From Veleropilina oligotropha (taxonomy: Eukaryota): a stretch of 42,517 nt of DNA. The position numbers and the translations under genes are program-made. The DNA lies in the NCBI GenBank assembly GCA_048128005.1, contig JBEUKZ010000008.1:682001-724517 (forward strand), in the 5' to 3' direction. Below the pieces are notes generated by a model, which was not told the DNA's origin, searched no databases, and saw only the letters and a program-made list of their open reading frames with translations. Shown here piece by piece: positions 24,498-36,594 of this stretch; within the stretch, counting starts at the first letter, position 1, and the number at the start of each line of letters is the position of its first letter.

Positions 24498-24615
24498 CGG
24501 TTTAATCATACTGATTGCCCAACAAATTATTTAATATATAATATTTAGTGATATATACTACTAAATATTAATACCGTATTAAATTATCTGTTGGGCAATC
24601 AGTATGGTTAAACCG
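24498..24615. mobile_element. Near-perfect palindromic mini-MITE with a TA TSD (Tc1/mariner-like)
   Basis: ta|cggtttaatcatactgattgcccaaca ... tgttgggcaatcagtatggttaaaccg|ta, with one mismatch in the 27-bp arm and further inner pairing. Confidence 0.85.
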
Positions 24616-24657
24616 TAATTAAATATATATAAATACATACCATCTTCATCTTCATGA

Positions 24658-24920
24658 GGCAGCTCCGACAGTCATGTGGTTGCGTTTGCAGACTCTGCAA
24701 TCACTGGCTCATATAGGCAGTTGTGGGTTCGAATCTCAGTTGGGATATATAATTGGCGTTATTTGTTCAGTTATGAATGACAGTTGTCTGAAGGCCGAGA
24801 AAGGCGTGTTTTCCCCGGCGACCAAGAATTCCTCCCGCGATAATATGAACATGTCCTGCTTTGAACCTGATGATTGTAATACTAATATACAGCATATTAA
24901 ACATCGATCCATCCTCATCC
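24658..24920 (+). mobile_element. SINE family A copy
   Basis: B box gggttcgaatc, atttgttcagttatgaat, cccgcgataatatgaacatgtcctgctttgaacc and tail catcgatccatcc. Confidence 0.85.
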
Positions 24921-25725
24921 AATGATATTTATGACCAAAATATGGAAATAGCCGTTGTCAATCTGTTCAAGATTAACTTGTTTACATCATAAGCCTCAAT
25001 AAATTTGCGTCTTGTTTTGAGCGTGGCCAAAAACAAAATGTCGCATGTCCTCGATTTGACAGTACGTATTCATCATTCTTGCACAAAAGCTGTGTCATCG
25101 GTCACTTTCACAAGCACGCGTTTCGTGTGTATGATGTGTGTATAGCGATGTCATCGGTTATATAACAAAAACTCTAAATTGTTATTCCTCGTAAGATTGG
25201 AAGACGTCGTTAATTTGATCGAACGAATTGTTGGAAATGGAATACCTGGGAAATTGATAGCTGGACCCCCCGGAAAAAGACAAGAGACATTTCAATGGCT
25301 ACCCTATTAATGTACAACTCTGAATAAAAATATGTGTACAATTTTATTGAATCTCGTTATAACATCCAATGTCATTATCAATAAAATATTATTCATACAA
25401 GAATGTTCACAGACATGAAAATATATTACAATATTTACTCTGGAGACAAATTATTCTATATTATTTCTCTCTGCCATGACAATAAGTCACAATATTTCTC
25501 AAAGACAAAGAAAATAATCCTATTGGAATTGCATTGAAATACTATTACTATGCGATAAAAAATCTCGAACTAAAAAATATTCGACATTTTTTTCTCAAAG
25601 GTAAATATTATTCGACATTTTTTTCTCAAAAGCAAATATTATTTGACAAAAATTCTCGCCGATTCTAAATTCATTCAAATGCATAAAATATGTACATTAT
25701 TATCTCACAAATCTACAAATGACAT

Positions 25726-27210
25726 TTAATAACCATAGGGTAAGGTGTTCAAATCGTTTAAGAGAGCCCTCTTAGTGTATACCATGCAGTATTTTTTATG
25801 TTCGACTCGGTTATAGAGTTTGCGTTTCAACTTGTTTCGGCACATTTTACTGGGATTTGTAACGGTTATGGAACCGTGAGAATGTGTCACCATTTCTCTG
25901 ATAGACTCAAAATTGACCAGTTTTGAATTGGTGTAATTTAATGTGAAACCACGAACTTTGCAGGTTTCCTTGTCAGTATTAGTGCGGTAGGCATAATTTT
26001 TAGGTCCCCCAGAAATGAATTCTACGATGTATTCGCCATTTTCAAGTTCATTGGTCAATTCACCTAAATAGTCTCCCAAGGGCATGTCGATTTGTCCAGG
26101 TCCTGTCACGTAAATCACTGAATCGGTATCGTAATACAATACTCTCTGACCCAGTTGTTCTAATACGTCATACAGTTTTAATCTCGCCCAACACGTAGTG
26201 AAAGTTGCTATATAAACATTTGATCTGATATTATCGTTGATGTCAGTATCGGAGTGAATGTATTCCAACTGAATCATATCAGGGGCGATAATATGAAAAT
26301 CTTGATTTTTTTTACTGGAATCCGACATTATTTGAAAGAATTTCTCAACCTCGCTCTCGTGTATAATCTCGGTCTGCTTGTAGTTCAGTCTCTGGCCGAA
26401 TTTACCCCAGAAGGAATTAAGACAAAGTTTTGATAATGATCTTAATCCAGTATTTCGTTTAATATTGGATTCGTCCAGGTCAATGTGCTCATTCTTCGCA
26501 TAATTGTCAATGTACTGTTTGATGCCCTCAGGGGTTTCAACCCAGTTAGGCAAACCACTGGCTTCTTGTTTCAGTTTCAAAAAGGTATTGATATATCCAG
26601 CAAATAGGCCGCCGATCCCAGTGTCAGGGTCATAGACGGTTGTCTCATTCCAATGATAGATTTAATAAATTTTCTTGATTTCATAACCCAAACTGACGGC
26701 CTTCATCAGTTCTGGGGTACACCACGTTCCTAAAATGGAACGTTCGTCATCACCACACAAACAAGGTGATTGCTGTTCTTTGTCTGCACATGTCCTGCAT
26801 AAGGGGAACTTTAACTTACCATTTGACCTATAGGGCAAGACAGGGTGGTATAGCCCCTTTGGCGGTAAAATTAAAACTTTAGCGAGGCCAAAATACTGGT
26901 CAATGTTTTTAAAGTCATGATTGATAATTTCGGGGTGACCCACCGGGTACCGGGCATATTTATTGACATAGGGGTACAAAGAAGTGAAATCGACGTACTT
27001 AATTTTTTCATCATCTTTAATTTTATAATGTAGTCGACATGCATTGGTACGCCCTCCAAAGAAACTGTCATGGGGTTGAAGTCGGTCTACCAGGTCTAGA
27101 GATTCAACGAACTCTTGTAATGTTACGTTTGATTTCAGTTCATTTCGAAATTGATGTTCCCAGACAGAAACGGATTTCGTTCCAGTTAAGTTCATACAGT
27201 CTCGCTACGA
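25726..27210 (-). pseudogene. Polinton/Maverick-type protein-primed family B DNA polymerase (pPolB), C-terminal ~490 aa, one premature stop
   Basis: Motifs FFGGRT, YVDFTSLYP (A), KLCLNSFWGKFGQR (B), YYDTDS (C) and GPKNY. ORFs 26662-27195 and 25726-26580 are in the same frame, joined by TAA plus 27 open codons (IYHWNETTVYDPDTGIGGLFAGYINTF). Confidence 0.92.
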
Positions 27211-27737
27211 TTCGAGGGCAACTTTCCAATCCCCATAAAGTTGCGAATTCTCGTAGTTCAGTGACGTCTGTTAGCGACGCAACTATTTCAACAAAGTCCA
27301 TCTACAAGAGCAAAATATATATATTACTTGCATTTAACTGACTGCATGATATCGTCCACTGAGGACTGATGTCATATTTGGTCCATAAATATCTCTCAAT
27401 GTACTATTGGATATGTAAGTAACCATACTAACATATTTCCTTATGTTATTTCAATGGATATTACTTAGTATTACTTTATTGGTCAAATCCAAAATGGCTG
27501 CCCCTCTAAACCAAAACTATGACTTGCGTTAGAAATGCACACATATTTATATAAATGATACAAATAGAACATAATCATTGCTATAAGTGTACCATGTACC
27601 AGAAGAAATCCACAAAATCACCATTTTTTACGCACATACACATATTTTTGTATATACATATCATGTAAAAAACAAGCCAATGTTGGTGTAATTTTGCACT
27701 AATTATTGTAATAAACAAATTTCATTTACAGTAATGA

Positions 27738-30195
27738 CTATTATTATTATTATTATTATTTAATACATTTATAATGCGCCTATTCTAGTGTAGCTCTAAG
27801 CGCAGTACAAACTATAACTAATATTACAGTACAATGTACACAAGAATATACAGGAGAGACATCAATGATACATACTATGAATGCAATAAGCAATAATAAT
27901 AATAAACAGAATATTTTTTTGTTGAGTTTTTTCAATTTTATTATTTTTTTTTACAAGCGCAATCAGACAAAGAGGTGAAGCAGCCATCAGCGTGAACTTC
28001 AACCAACTTTGAATGATACATATGATGAATGCTATAAGCAATAACAATAAACAGATGTGAAGCAGCCATTACTGTCCTCCACTACTACGATGTCAGCTGA
28101 ATTGTTAGTGAGATTTGATCAGGTTGGCATATACATCAGCAAATAGGTGAGTTTTCAACGTCTTCCGAAAACTTGTCTGAGATGTGCTTTCCTTTACTTT
28201 GGATGGGAGTTTGTTCCAGAGTTTTGGGGCATTGTTGATAAATGCTCTATCGCCATATTTATTCTTTGTTCTATTCTCTGTCAACTGTTGTAAATGCTGC
28301 GACCTAAGTGCTCTAATAGGTCGATATTGAGCAAGAAGTTCAATAATATATCCAGGCGCTTTTCCTTGAAGAGAATTGTAAACGAATGTAAGAATTTTGA
28401 AGATAATCTGTTTCTCAACAGGGAGCCAGTGTAGGCTATATAGCAGCGGGGTTGCATGGTCCCTTGGCTGGGCAAGTAAAATCAGCCTGTCTGCGGCATT
28501 CTGAACTTGCTGCAATCTGTTAATGAAGCTTGCGTTTATTCCGAAAAGTAAACTGTTGGAATAATCAAGGCGAGATATGACATATGCATGCACAAGAAGC
28601 TTCGTTGCATCTGGTGTTAAAAAACGACGGATGCGTCTGATGTTTCTTAGGAAGAATAATGAGCATTTAACTTTATCAGAGACGAATTTTTCCATCGACA
28701 TAGTGTTGTCGAAGTAAGCACCCAAATTTCTTACAAATTCGCTGGAGTTTATTTCAGTTTCACCAACTTGTAGGTTTACATCTCGGACCTTTGTGATGTT
28801 ACTTCTTGAGCCAAATATAATAAACTCAGTTTTATCATCATTGAGTTTCAGCATGTTTGTGCACATCCAGTGTTTGATCTCTGAAACACAGCTCTCCAAT
28901 ATATCTAGGCTTGCCTTGAAGGAGCTTTTGGGATCAAATGCAATATATATTTGACTGTCATCTGCATAGAAATGATAGGACAGATTATATTTGGAGGCAA
29001 TCTCTGCTACGGGTGTGACATACATCGAAAACAGAATCGGACCTAAGACGGAACCTTGTGGCACACCGTAAGGGAGAGAGGCTGGGTCACTTTTCATGCC
29101 GTTTATGACGACGGTTTGTTTTCGCTCATGTAGATATGACTTGATCCATGTAAGCGCTGATTGCTTGATTCCAAAGTAGGCGTTCAGGCAGTTAAACAGA
29201 ATTTGGTGGTCAATTGTATCGAAAGCTGCACTCAGGTCAAGCAAGGCGAGAGCAACCATTGATTTCTGATGTAGAGATTGAAGTATGTCATTCTGAACCT
29301 TTAAAAGGGCTGTTTCTGTGGAGTGAAACATGCGATACGCTGATTGGTATTTGTCCAAAAGCATGTGATTTTTCAGGTGAGAATTTAATCGAATTGCTAC
29401 AACACGTTCCACAAGTTTTGAAATAAAACTTAGATTAGAAACCGGCCGATAATTTTTCAGATTGTTTTGATCCAAATTGGCCTTTTTCAGTAAGGGCTTT
29501 ACCAATGCGCTCTTGAAATTTTCTGGAACTTCTGCATTGGATAATGACATGTTGACAAGCCGCGTCAAAATTGGCAACAATTCATCTGAACATGCTTTCA
29601 GCATCCATGATGGTAGAGGGTCGAGTGGGCACGTAGATGATGATGACCGCATAATGATCGACCTAATTTCATCATTCATTGCAACTTCAAACATTAAGAG
29701 TTGAATGTCATTACGTTTCGAATCTAAAGATTCACAGATTTCATCGGTGGTTGATTGCATTTGCGATAACGAAATTGTGTTTCGTATTTTGATTATTTTA
29801 TCAACGAAGAAGTCGCTAAAAATAGTGGGAAGTGATTCCTCTTGATAATCAGTTGGCAGCGGAGTTGACTTATTCCATTGTAACAGATATTTGGTAACAT
29901 TAAAGAGCTTCTTTTGATCATCTTTCGAGTTAATGACTTTGTTTGAGAAGAATTCAGTTTTAGCATCCGTGAGCAGATGGTTCACCAGCTTGCACTGTTC
30001 CTTATATGCGTCGTAATCGGTGAGTTTGCCAGACTTATTCCAGCGTCGTTCTAAGCGTCGTCGAATTACTTTAGCTTGGCGGAGGTTGGCATTGTACCAT
30101 TGTGTATTTGGTCTTATGGTGACTGTTTTGGTGATCTCCAGAGCATGATTGTCAATGATGAGTTTAATATCATTGTTATATTTATCGACCAACTG
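27738..30195 (-). mobile_element. Young 5'-truncated L2/Crack-clade LINE including 3' UTR and (AAT)n tail
   Basis: Open RT frame; 3' stem-loop gcgcttagag...aggcgc followed by attataaatg and (AAT)n at ~27738-27805; no APE endonuclease or ORF1 upstream. Confidence 0.9.
28105..30192 (-). CDS. LINE ORF2 reverse transcriptase, 695 aa, N-terminally truncated
   Basis: NYRPVSNLSFISKLVE, QSAYR..HSTETAL, LLDLSAAFDTIDH, GVPQGSVLGPILF, YADD, LKLNDDKTE, SRLDYSN and LHWLP. Confidence 0.95.
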   Translation of the reverse strand: MVDKYNNDIKLIIDNHALEITKTVTIRPNTQWYNANLRQAKVIRRRLERRWNKSGKLTDYDAYKEQCKLVNHLLTDAKTEFFSNKVINSKDDQKKLFNVTKYLLQWNKSTPLPTDYQEESLPTIFSDFFVDKIIKIRNTISLSQMQSTTDEICESLDSKRNDIQLLMFEVAMNDEIRSIIMRSSSSTCPLDPLPSWMLKACSDELLPILTRLVNMSLSNAEVPENFKSALVKPLLKKANLDQNNLKNYRPVSNLSFISKLVERVVAIRLNSHLKNHMLLDKYQSAYRMFHSTETALLKVQNDILQSLHQKSMVALALLDLSAAFDTIDHQILFNCLNAYFGIKQSALTWIKSYLHERKQTVVINGMKSDPASLPYGVPQGSVLGPILFSMYVTPVAEIASKYNLSYHFYADDSQIYIAFDPKSSFKASLDILESCVSEIKHWMCTNMLKLNDDKTEFIIFGSRSNITKVRDVNLQVGETEINSSEFVRNLGAYFDNTMSMEKFVSDKVKCSLFFLRNIRRIRRFLTPDATKLLVHAYVISRLDYSNSLLFGINASFINRLQQVQNAADRLILLAQPRDHATPLLYSLHWLPVEKQIIFKILTFVYNSLQGKAPGYIIELLAQYRPIRALRSQHLQQLTENRTKNKYGDRAFINNAPKLWNKLPSKVKESTSQTSFRKTLKTHLFADVYANLIKSH

Positions 30196-30519
30196 TGCAA
30201 ACAGTACATATTTTCATAGTCAAACTTTATAAATGTGAATATGCAATTATATTACCTTACTTATGATATATAATATGTCATATGTTTATGTAATTATGGA
30301 TTTTTTAATCAAATTAAAACTGTGTAAATATATCAAAATATGGCAGTCACCAATGAATTAAACCCGTGTTACCTCCCTTTGACCACAAATATTGTACATC
30401 TCTCTGCCCAAGTCAAAAAAGCGCTGGATCGTATATAGCCTAAGGACAGTTGACGCAACTCGTCAAGGCTGCACGCATCTCTCTGCCTCAGGGGGCAATA
30501 TTCACGCATCAATACACAT

Positions 30520-30995
30520 CAGGGAACATTTACATATATTTAAAAACCGAAAGAAAAAACAGAATTTGCAAAGTCTGTCATCTTAATAATATAGAAGACG
30601 AATATCATTTTCTTTTAGTACACCCAGGATACAGAGAAATTAGACAGAAATACCTACCTAAATATTATTGCCATTGGCCTTCTATAAATAAATTCTCATC
30701 TTTAATGCGCAATAAAAACATAAAAATTATTAGCATATTAGCAGCCTAGCAAGGTTTATTAGAGAGGCCAGTATTTTGCAAAGCGATCTATTCTGATCTT
30801 CTGATTATTATACAGTGAACTACACATGTATGCTTGATATGTCATGTAATCATATTTGTTATTTTATCATGTCATGTATTGGAATGATAATATGCACAAT
30901 TCTCATTCTCCTGTATATAACATATATAATCTGTACACATCCGTCATTTGTTTGTTTATTTGTTGCTGAAGAAGCTAATAAACTTGAGCAAATAA
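30520..30995 (+). mobile_element. LINE 3' fragment with a C-terminal zinc knuckle (RTEX-like; clade tentative)
   Basis: RICKVCHLNNIEDEYHFLLVHPGYREIRQKYL (CxxC..EDEYHFLL.C/H); 3' end gaagctaataaacttg. Confidence 0.7.
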
Positions 30996-31172
30996 AAAAA
31001 AATGATTGATTGATTGATATACATGCATGACCGATTTCTACAATGTGTCGACTATACAGCATTGCTTGAATTACAGATAACAATTTGGTAGCCTTCATAA
31101 CGAAATAACATATTTACAATTATTTTATATGAAGATATGAACATACATCGATGTTTCGCCAGGTAGTCTCCT

Positions 31173-31389
31173 TATCATAGTCTTAATGGTTTAGCCTCAG
31201 GTGTGTGCACTCGTGTTCGTATGGCATTAGTTCGCTATCATAGTCTTAATGGTTATGCCTCAGGCGTGCGTTCGCGTGTTCGCATGGCATTAGTTCGATA
31301 TCATAGACTTTTAATAATTTTGCCCCAGGTTGTGCGCTCGTGCTCGTATGTTGTTAACTCGTAATTCTAGTCTTAATGATTTTGCCCCA
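31173..31389. repeat. 63-bp minisatellite, about 3.4 copies
   Basis: tatcatagtcttaatgg...cctcagg...tggcattagttcg at 31173, 31236 and 31299, with a partial fourth copy; degenerate copy at ~31480-31520. Confidence 0.9.
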
Positions 31390-32506
31390 TAATTTCCATT
31401 CTAAGATTGAGATCCACACAATTAAATTTAGTATCAAATTTAAATATCGCTATTGAAGCAAGTCCTTGTTTGTTACGCATTAATGATTTTACCCTCAGGT
31501 GTGATCGAATGGCGTTCGGTCAGATAATCTATGTCTTTATAAGTATACCATAAATCTATTAGTTTCTAGGGGCAATAGGCCTAACTTAATAAATAGCTTG
31601 AATAAAAATGATCTGATCGTTAAGGCTTTTGAAAGCAGCAAAAATGGATCGCAATATGTAAGTATTCAATATTTTACTTAATAACACTTAACATTACTTG
31701 GTTCAACAATATCCACTTATGTGACTCATATAAAAGATAATTAATAACAAGTTTTAACATTAATGTATTACCTATGTATTTAGCTATTATTACGTATCAT
31801 GATTATATTTTGTACTGCATTATTGACAGAAAATTTAATGTTTAATATTAATTAAATACACCCTTTGAATTATGATTGTCTGTGTTTACTTAGAATATGT
31901 AGTTTTATTTCGGCAACATGTCCTCTATAGGTTCCGACCAGTTGTCGAATTGCCACTGGTATTTATTTGAATGTATATACTGTTATGTAATTTACAAAAT
32001 ATTGTTTAAATTAAAGCAATAAATTTATATAAATAGTGTGCAAAACACTATTAAAATGTGGGTTCGTGAAATGTTATTACTGTCTATTATTATATTTTAT
32101 ACATTATAGTCCTTTTACAATAATAACTTAAAGCACAATTTCCGTAGCATCATAAAATACTTTTTATATATAATATTATACAGTTGATTTAATTTGTTTT
32201 AATACAATATTACTGTAAATGATATCCTATGATAACTATATAGTTTTATCATATTTTTACAGTATTGATTTAACAAATGATGACGAGATTACAACCTCAA
32301 CATACACATCGATTGTAAGTATATATATTACATATACATATACAATATATCTTACCTTTTATGAATATTCATCCAGTATCTACACCATCAGGTTTAAATC
32401 CGACTCCATTTGAAGATATCGAGGAAATCCACAGTAAATGTTAATATTTCGTTTTCTTTGTGCACAAACATTTCTTGATATTCCAGTTTCTCATTGGAGA
32501 TCAATC

Positions 32507-32617
32507 GTCATAATGCTGTAAAAAAAAACAAGATACATCAGAGATAATTTATATATATTTACATCATCATAATGCTGTAAAAACAAGATACATCAGAGAT
32601 AATTTATATATTTACAT
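32507..32617. repeat. ~55-bp tandem duplication
   Basis: tcataatgctgta(a)n caagatacatcagagataatttatata occurs twice. Confidence 0.9.
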
Positions 32618-32630
32618 TCCATTGCTACTA

Positions 32631-33911
32631 CAGTGGAACCCGCTTATTTGCATAGCGAGATTGTCTCGATTATTTATTCGATTATCCGGATTATGCGTTT
32701 AACCGATTTAACGAAATCAGTAAATTTCGGAAATTATTTTTCGCCGGAAATCATTGACGATAATTACTTGTATTTATTATAAATATGTTCTGGTAATAAA
32801 TTTAGCCTGTTTCAGTAGAATTGATATATGTTTCGAAAGCGTATCGTCGCATTTCATACATTAATATGGTGTGGAAATTCATTTTCAGAACGATTCTCTT
32901 CTGCTGAACACGTGTCGCGTTATTGGCCGCCATGTTTAAAAATTTGCTTATGTTTTAATCTCGAATCGATTTTTGTGTACAGTTATTGAATAATTATTTC
33001 TGGCGAGATTTAATTATTCCAGTATATTATGATTTGATATAAAAAACAATATAAGACGTTGTCTTCATATAAAATTAAAATAATAATTAAATCAACGGCG
33101 GCAACGAGGCTAAGTATTCTCAAAAACTAGATCAGGGGAGATAATACTTCTCATTTTGTAGGATGTCGTTTTAATTGTTACAAATGTTGTTGTTGTGTTA
33201 GAATTATGTAATTTATCGGCGAACTAAGTTCTGTTCGTGTGAATAGATGTAACGACACCGTTTACTTTGATTCATAAGCCTAATCTTCGATTTTGCGTTC
33301 AAATCAACTCAACAGTCGTTTATTTGCATTCGGGACAATAGATTTTTAATCCCCTATAATCCGTTTATCGTTTCACGGTGTGTGACTTCGCAACTTTAAT
33401 AATCAGACAAAGGCGATCGTTTATAGACCTAATTTAGCAAAACACAAATATCCCTTTTGATACCGACACAACGCTGTGTCTTCTTTACTTTATCGATCTA
33501 TAATTTCCCCGACTGACATCGCTCATTTCCGTAACATTTCTGCACTGAAACGATGTTTACCGAACGTTCAGTTCCGACTTTTTCCGGAAGTAAAATAATG
33601 TTGGAACACACGAGGTTGCAGAATTGGTTCAAACTTCGAATGTTACTGTTGATTAAACATCTTTACGATGGCGTAGCAAGACATACTAGGAAATACGCAA
33701 GTATTTTGATCAATTTTAGCGATTTTATTATCAATTATGTATTGTTTTGTCAAAAATTTCTTATGCAAATAAGCGGGAATCGAATAATTATCCATGCGAT
33801 TAACCGAATATTTGCATATGATAATAATAGTAAAATATTCCGTTCCCAGAGATTATATGCAAATAACCGGATTATGCAATTAAGCGATATGCAATTAAGT
33901 GGGTTCCACTG
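32631..33911. mobile_element. Non-autonomous Tc1/mariner (pogo/Tigger-like) element with a TA TSD
   Basis: ta|cagtggaacccgcttatttgcata ... tatgcaattaagtgggttccactg|ta. Confidence 0.9.
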
Positions 33912-34028
33912 TATATATATATATATATATATTTACCTCGATGCAAATCTTTGTAGAGTATGCTATTTTCAACTCGATGCAAATCCAACAGTTCGCTATA
34001 GTTGACGCGAATATCATCATTCCATTGC

Positions 34029-34065
<37 letters not shown>

Positions 34066-34156
34066 TCGATGCAAATCTTTGTAGAGTATGCTATTTTCAA
34101 CTCGATGCAAATCCAACAGTTCGCTATAGTTGACGCGAATATCATCATTCCATTGC

Positions 34157-34195
<39 letters not shown>

Positions 34196-34269
34196 TCGAT
34201 GCAAATCTTTGTAGAGTATGCTATTTTCAACTCGATGCAAATCCAACAGTTCGCTATAGTTGACGCGAA
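33912..34269. repeat. ~129-bp tandem array (about 2.8 copies), each unit containing (TA)n
   Basis: ttacctcgatgcaaatc at 33933, 34061 and 34191; units differ only in (TA)n length. Confidence 0.95.
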
Positions 34270-35817
34270 CAAAGGAACAAAGAAGTTCGCCATAAAAACC
34301 GATACTTGACAAAGGATAGTTTACGCGAATATCATTGGACAGTAAGGAACAAAGAGTAGACAACCGGAAGTTCGCTATAAAAAATCTGACAATACATTCC
34401 ACGGCACATGCGCAACCGAAAGTTCGCTCAAGTACTGTGATTACTACTATGATTATTGATTAATAAATGAGCAATTGTTATTTTTTAAGCTTACATTGGA
34501 AATTTAACCATATATGTTTCTTTTATTAGTTTATGCTTATATTATATATAGGTCTTACGCTGTCTATTAGACCAGAGAAGTTCGTATTGCAGGCCGTTTA
34601 TTTTAATATACGCATCTCTTCTTTCATGAAAAACATAATACAGTTGCGCAAGTTGGCACGGATCAGAGTTATCTCCCTTTGATTTTAATCTTGAATATCG
34701 GAACCGTCATAGCCATTGAGCGAGGTGGTGTTCATCTAAAAATAATCTCAATATAATATAGCTTATGTACAAATAACGCCATATGCAGATGTATACGAAC
34801 ATTATACTCAAGCCGAAAGATATTGACATCATGGTGATATCCATTGCAATACAAATATAAAATTGTTCTGGTTTGATTTCGTTTATGACCATTAGCCAGC
34901 GTATATCATTATTTCCAGTTAATTCTTGTCATTGCATATTGTTTCTTGTAATTCTGGGTAGGCCTATCGCAATTGTTACAAATATAAATAATGCGTTAGG
35001 CACATTACAGACCCGTAAGTGCATAAATCTGGTGGATTAATTAAATCTAAGAAATTATATGCACTTATTGGTACTAATTCTTGTATCCGCCGGAATATAA
35101 TTTATTGATGTTTCGTAGTTTTTGTGAATCGTTTCGATAAATTGTCCACATCAACCTTTCAGCAGAACAACACGTTTTGCTTTTCCTGTGTCGTAATAGA
35201 TGTCCATCAATGTCCACGCATAACGGGGAAATATGAGATCAAAGGTAGTTGACTGCAATAACAAGTTATGTAATGTACCCTAAAATATTAAACTCAACCA
35301 AACAAATGTATAAATTTCGAAATGGAATTCAGTATTAAAGGGGCACTGTATACCATGTAACGCTTATCAGGTTTGGGTACCTCTCTGACAGTTCGGTTAT
35401 ATGACGTCGTTAGCTCCGCCCACCTTTGACGATGCTCTTGAAGTGTTGATACAGAGAGGCCACTGTTGCTGCTGCCGATAATGATGCCTGTATCTGCTGA
35501 TTTTCAGGTTTACTTCGGTTAAAGACTTTAGAATTGTGATCGACGGCGACAATTACGACGAATAAATGTAGTCACTTGGGTGTGGATGCGAGATTTAAAC
35601 AAAAGTTAATTAAAATGTTATCCAGCAATACTATAGTCGGTCTAACCTGAGACAAAAGTACCAGTATATCCATAAATGTCTGAACTCAGATGAAGTTGAA
35701 GATCAAGAACACATTATTACCACTCTACTCAGACAACTAGTATTCGTTATAGGTCCTATGTATTGTAGTGTTCACCAGTTACAACAATTTTTGTCACGTT
35801 GTATATCATTAAAATTC

Positions 35818-36080
35818 GGCCGCTTCGGTAGCGCAGTGGGTAGAGTGTCCACTCTAATTTCACTGGCTTGTTTCCACTGACGCGAACAGTAGTGGGATCG
35901 ACCCCCGGCTGAGGCAGCACACATTTGTTCAAGTTATGAAGCACAGTTGTCCGTGACTGGCCGAAGAGGGCGGGTTTACCCGGCGACCGGGGTTTCCTCC
36001 CGCGATAACACGGACATGTCCTGCCTTGAACCTCGATGTTATAAATATACAGGACATTAAGCATAATTCCTCCTCCTCCT
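35818..36080 (+). mobile_element. SINE family A, full length, with a perfect TSD
   Basis: TSD cattaaaattc on both sides; A box tagcgcagtgg; (CCT)n tail; near-identical to 8562-8830. Confidence 0.92.
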
Positions 36081-36521
36081 CATTAAAATTCAGTTCGCAC
36101 TTCGATACACTTTTTCACACACTTGACTGCTTTGATTAACAGGAGTTGGTTAGAATAGTCGAGACGACTTAGCACTTTGTTCAAATAATAGCCACAGTTG
36201 TTTCTAATTAACTGGCTGATGTTGTCGGTTATTGATTTTTTCCCTAATGACACTGCATTCCACCTGCGATAATAATATTATAGACCTCGTCATATCCTTA
36301 AAGTTGCATGCAAACAAATAATAACCGTCACACGCAATGCATGTAGAATATCTCAAATTATGCTAAACAGTAAACCATATGTATTAAACAAAGTGGAAAA
36401 AGATTTTTCATGTTTGAGAATATTCTTTTCCTTTAATTTATGGAAATTTGTACAAAATTTGTATTCAGGGAACATGCATCTTAACTTTTAAACATCATGT
36501 AGGCCTAGTCTGTCAACAATG

Positions 36522-36594
36522 AAGGCGTGCGAACCAATACAAGGCGTGCGAACCAATACAAGGCATGCGAACCAATACAAGGCATGCGAACCAA
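36522..36594. repeat. 19-bp minisatellite, about 3.8 copies
   Basis: aaggc(g/a)tgcgaaccaatac at 36522, 36541, 36560 and 36579. Confidence 0.95.

Noticed and set aside
25726..30192. Co-oriented RT plus DNA polymerase B as a novel two-gene system
   Set aside because: The RT has its own LINE 3' UTR, stem-loop and (AAT)n tail. Both genes are 5'-truncated, the pPolB has a stop, and ~500 bp of unrelated DNA separates them. Independent insertions explain this; only recurrence of the pairing at other loci would revive the idea.
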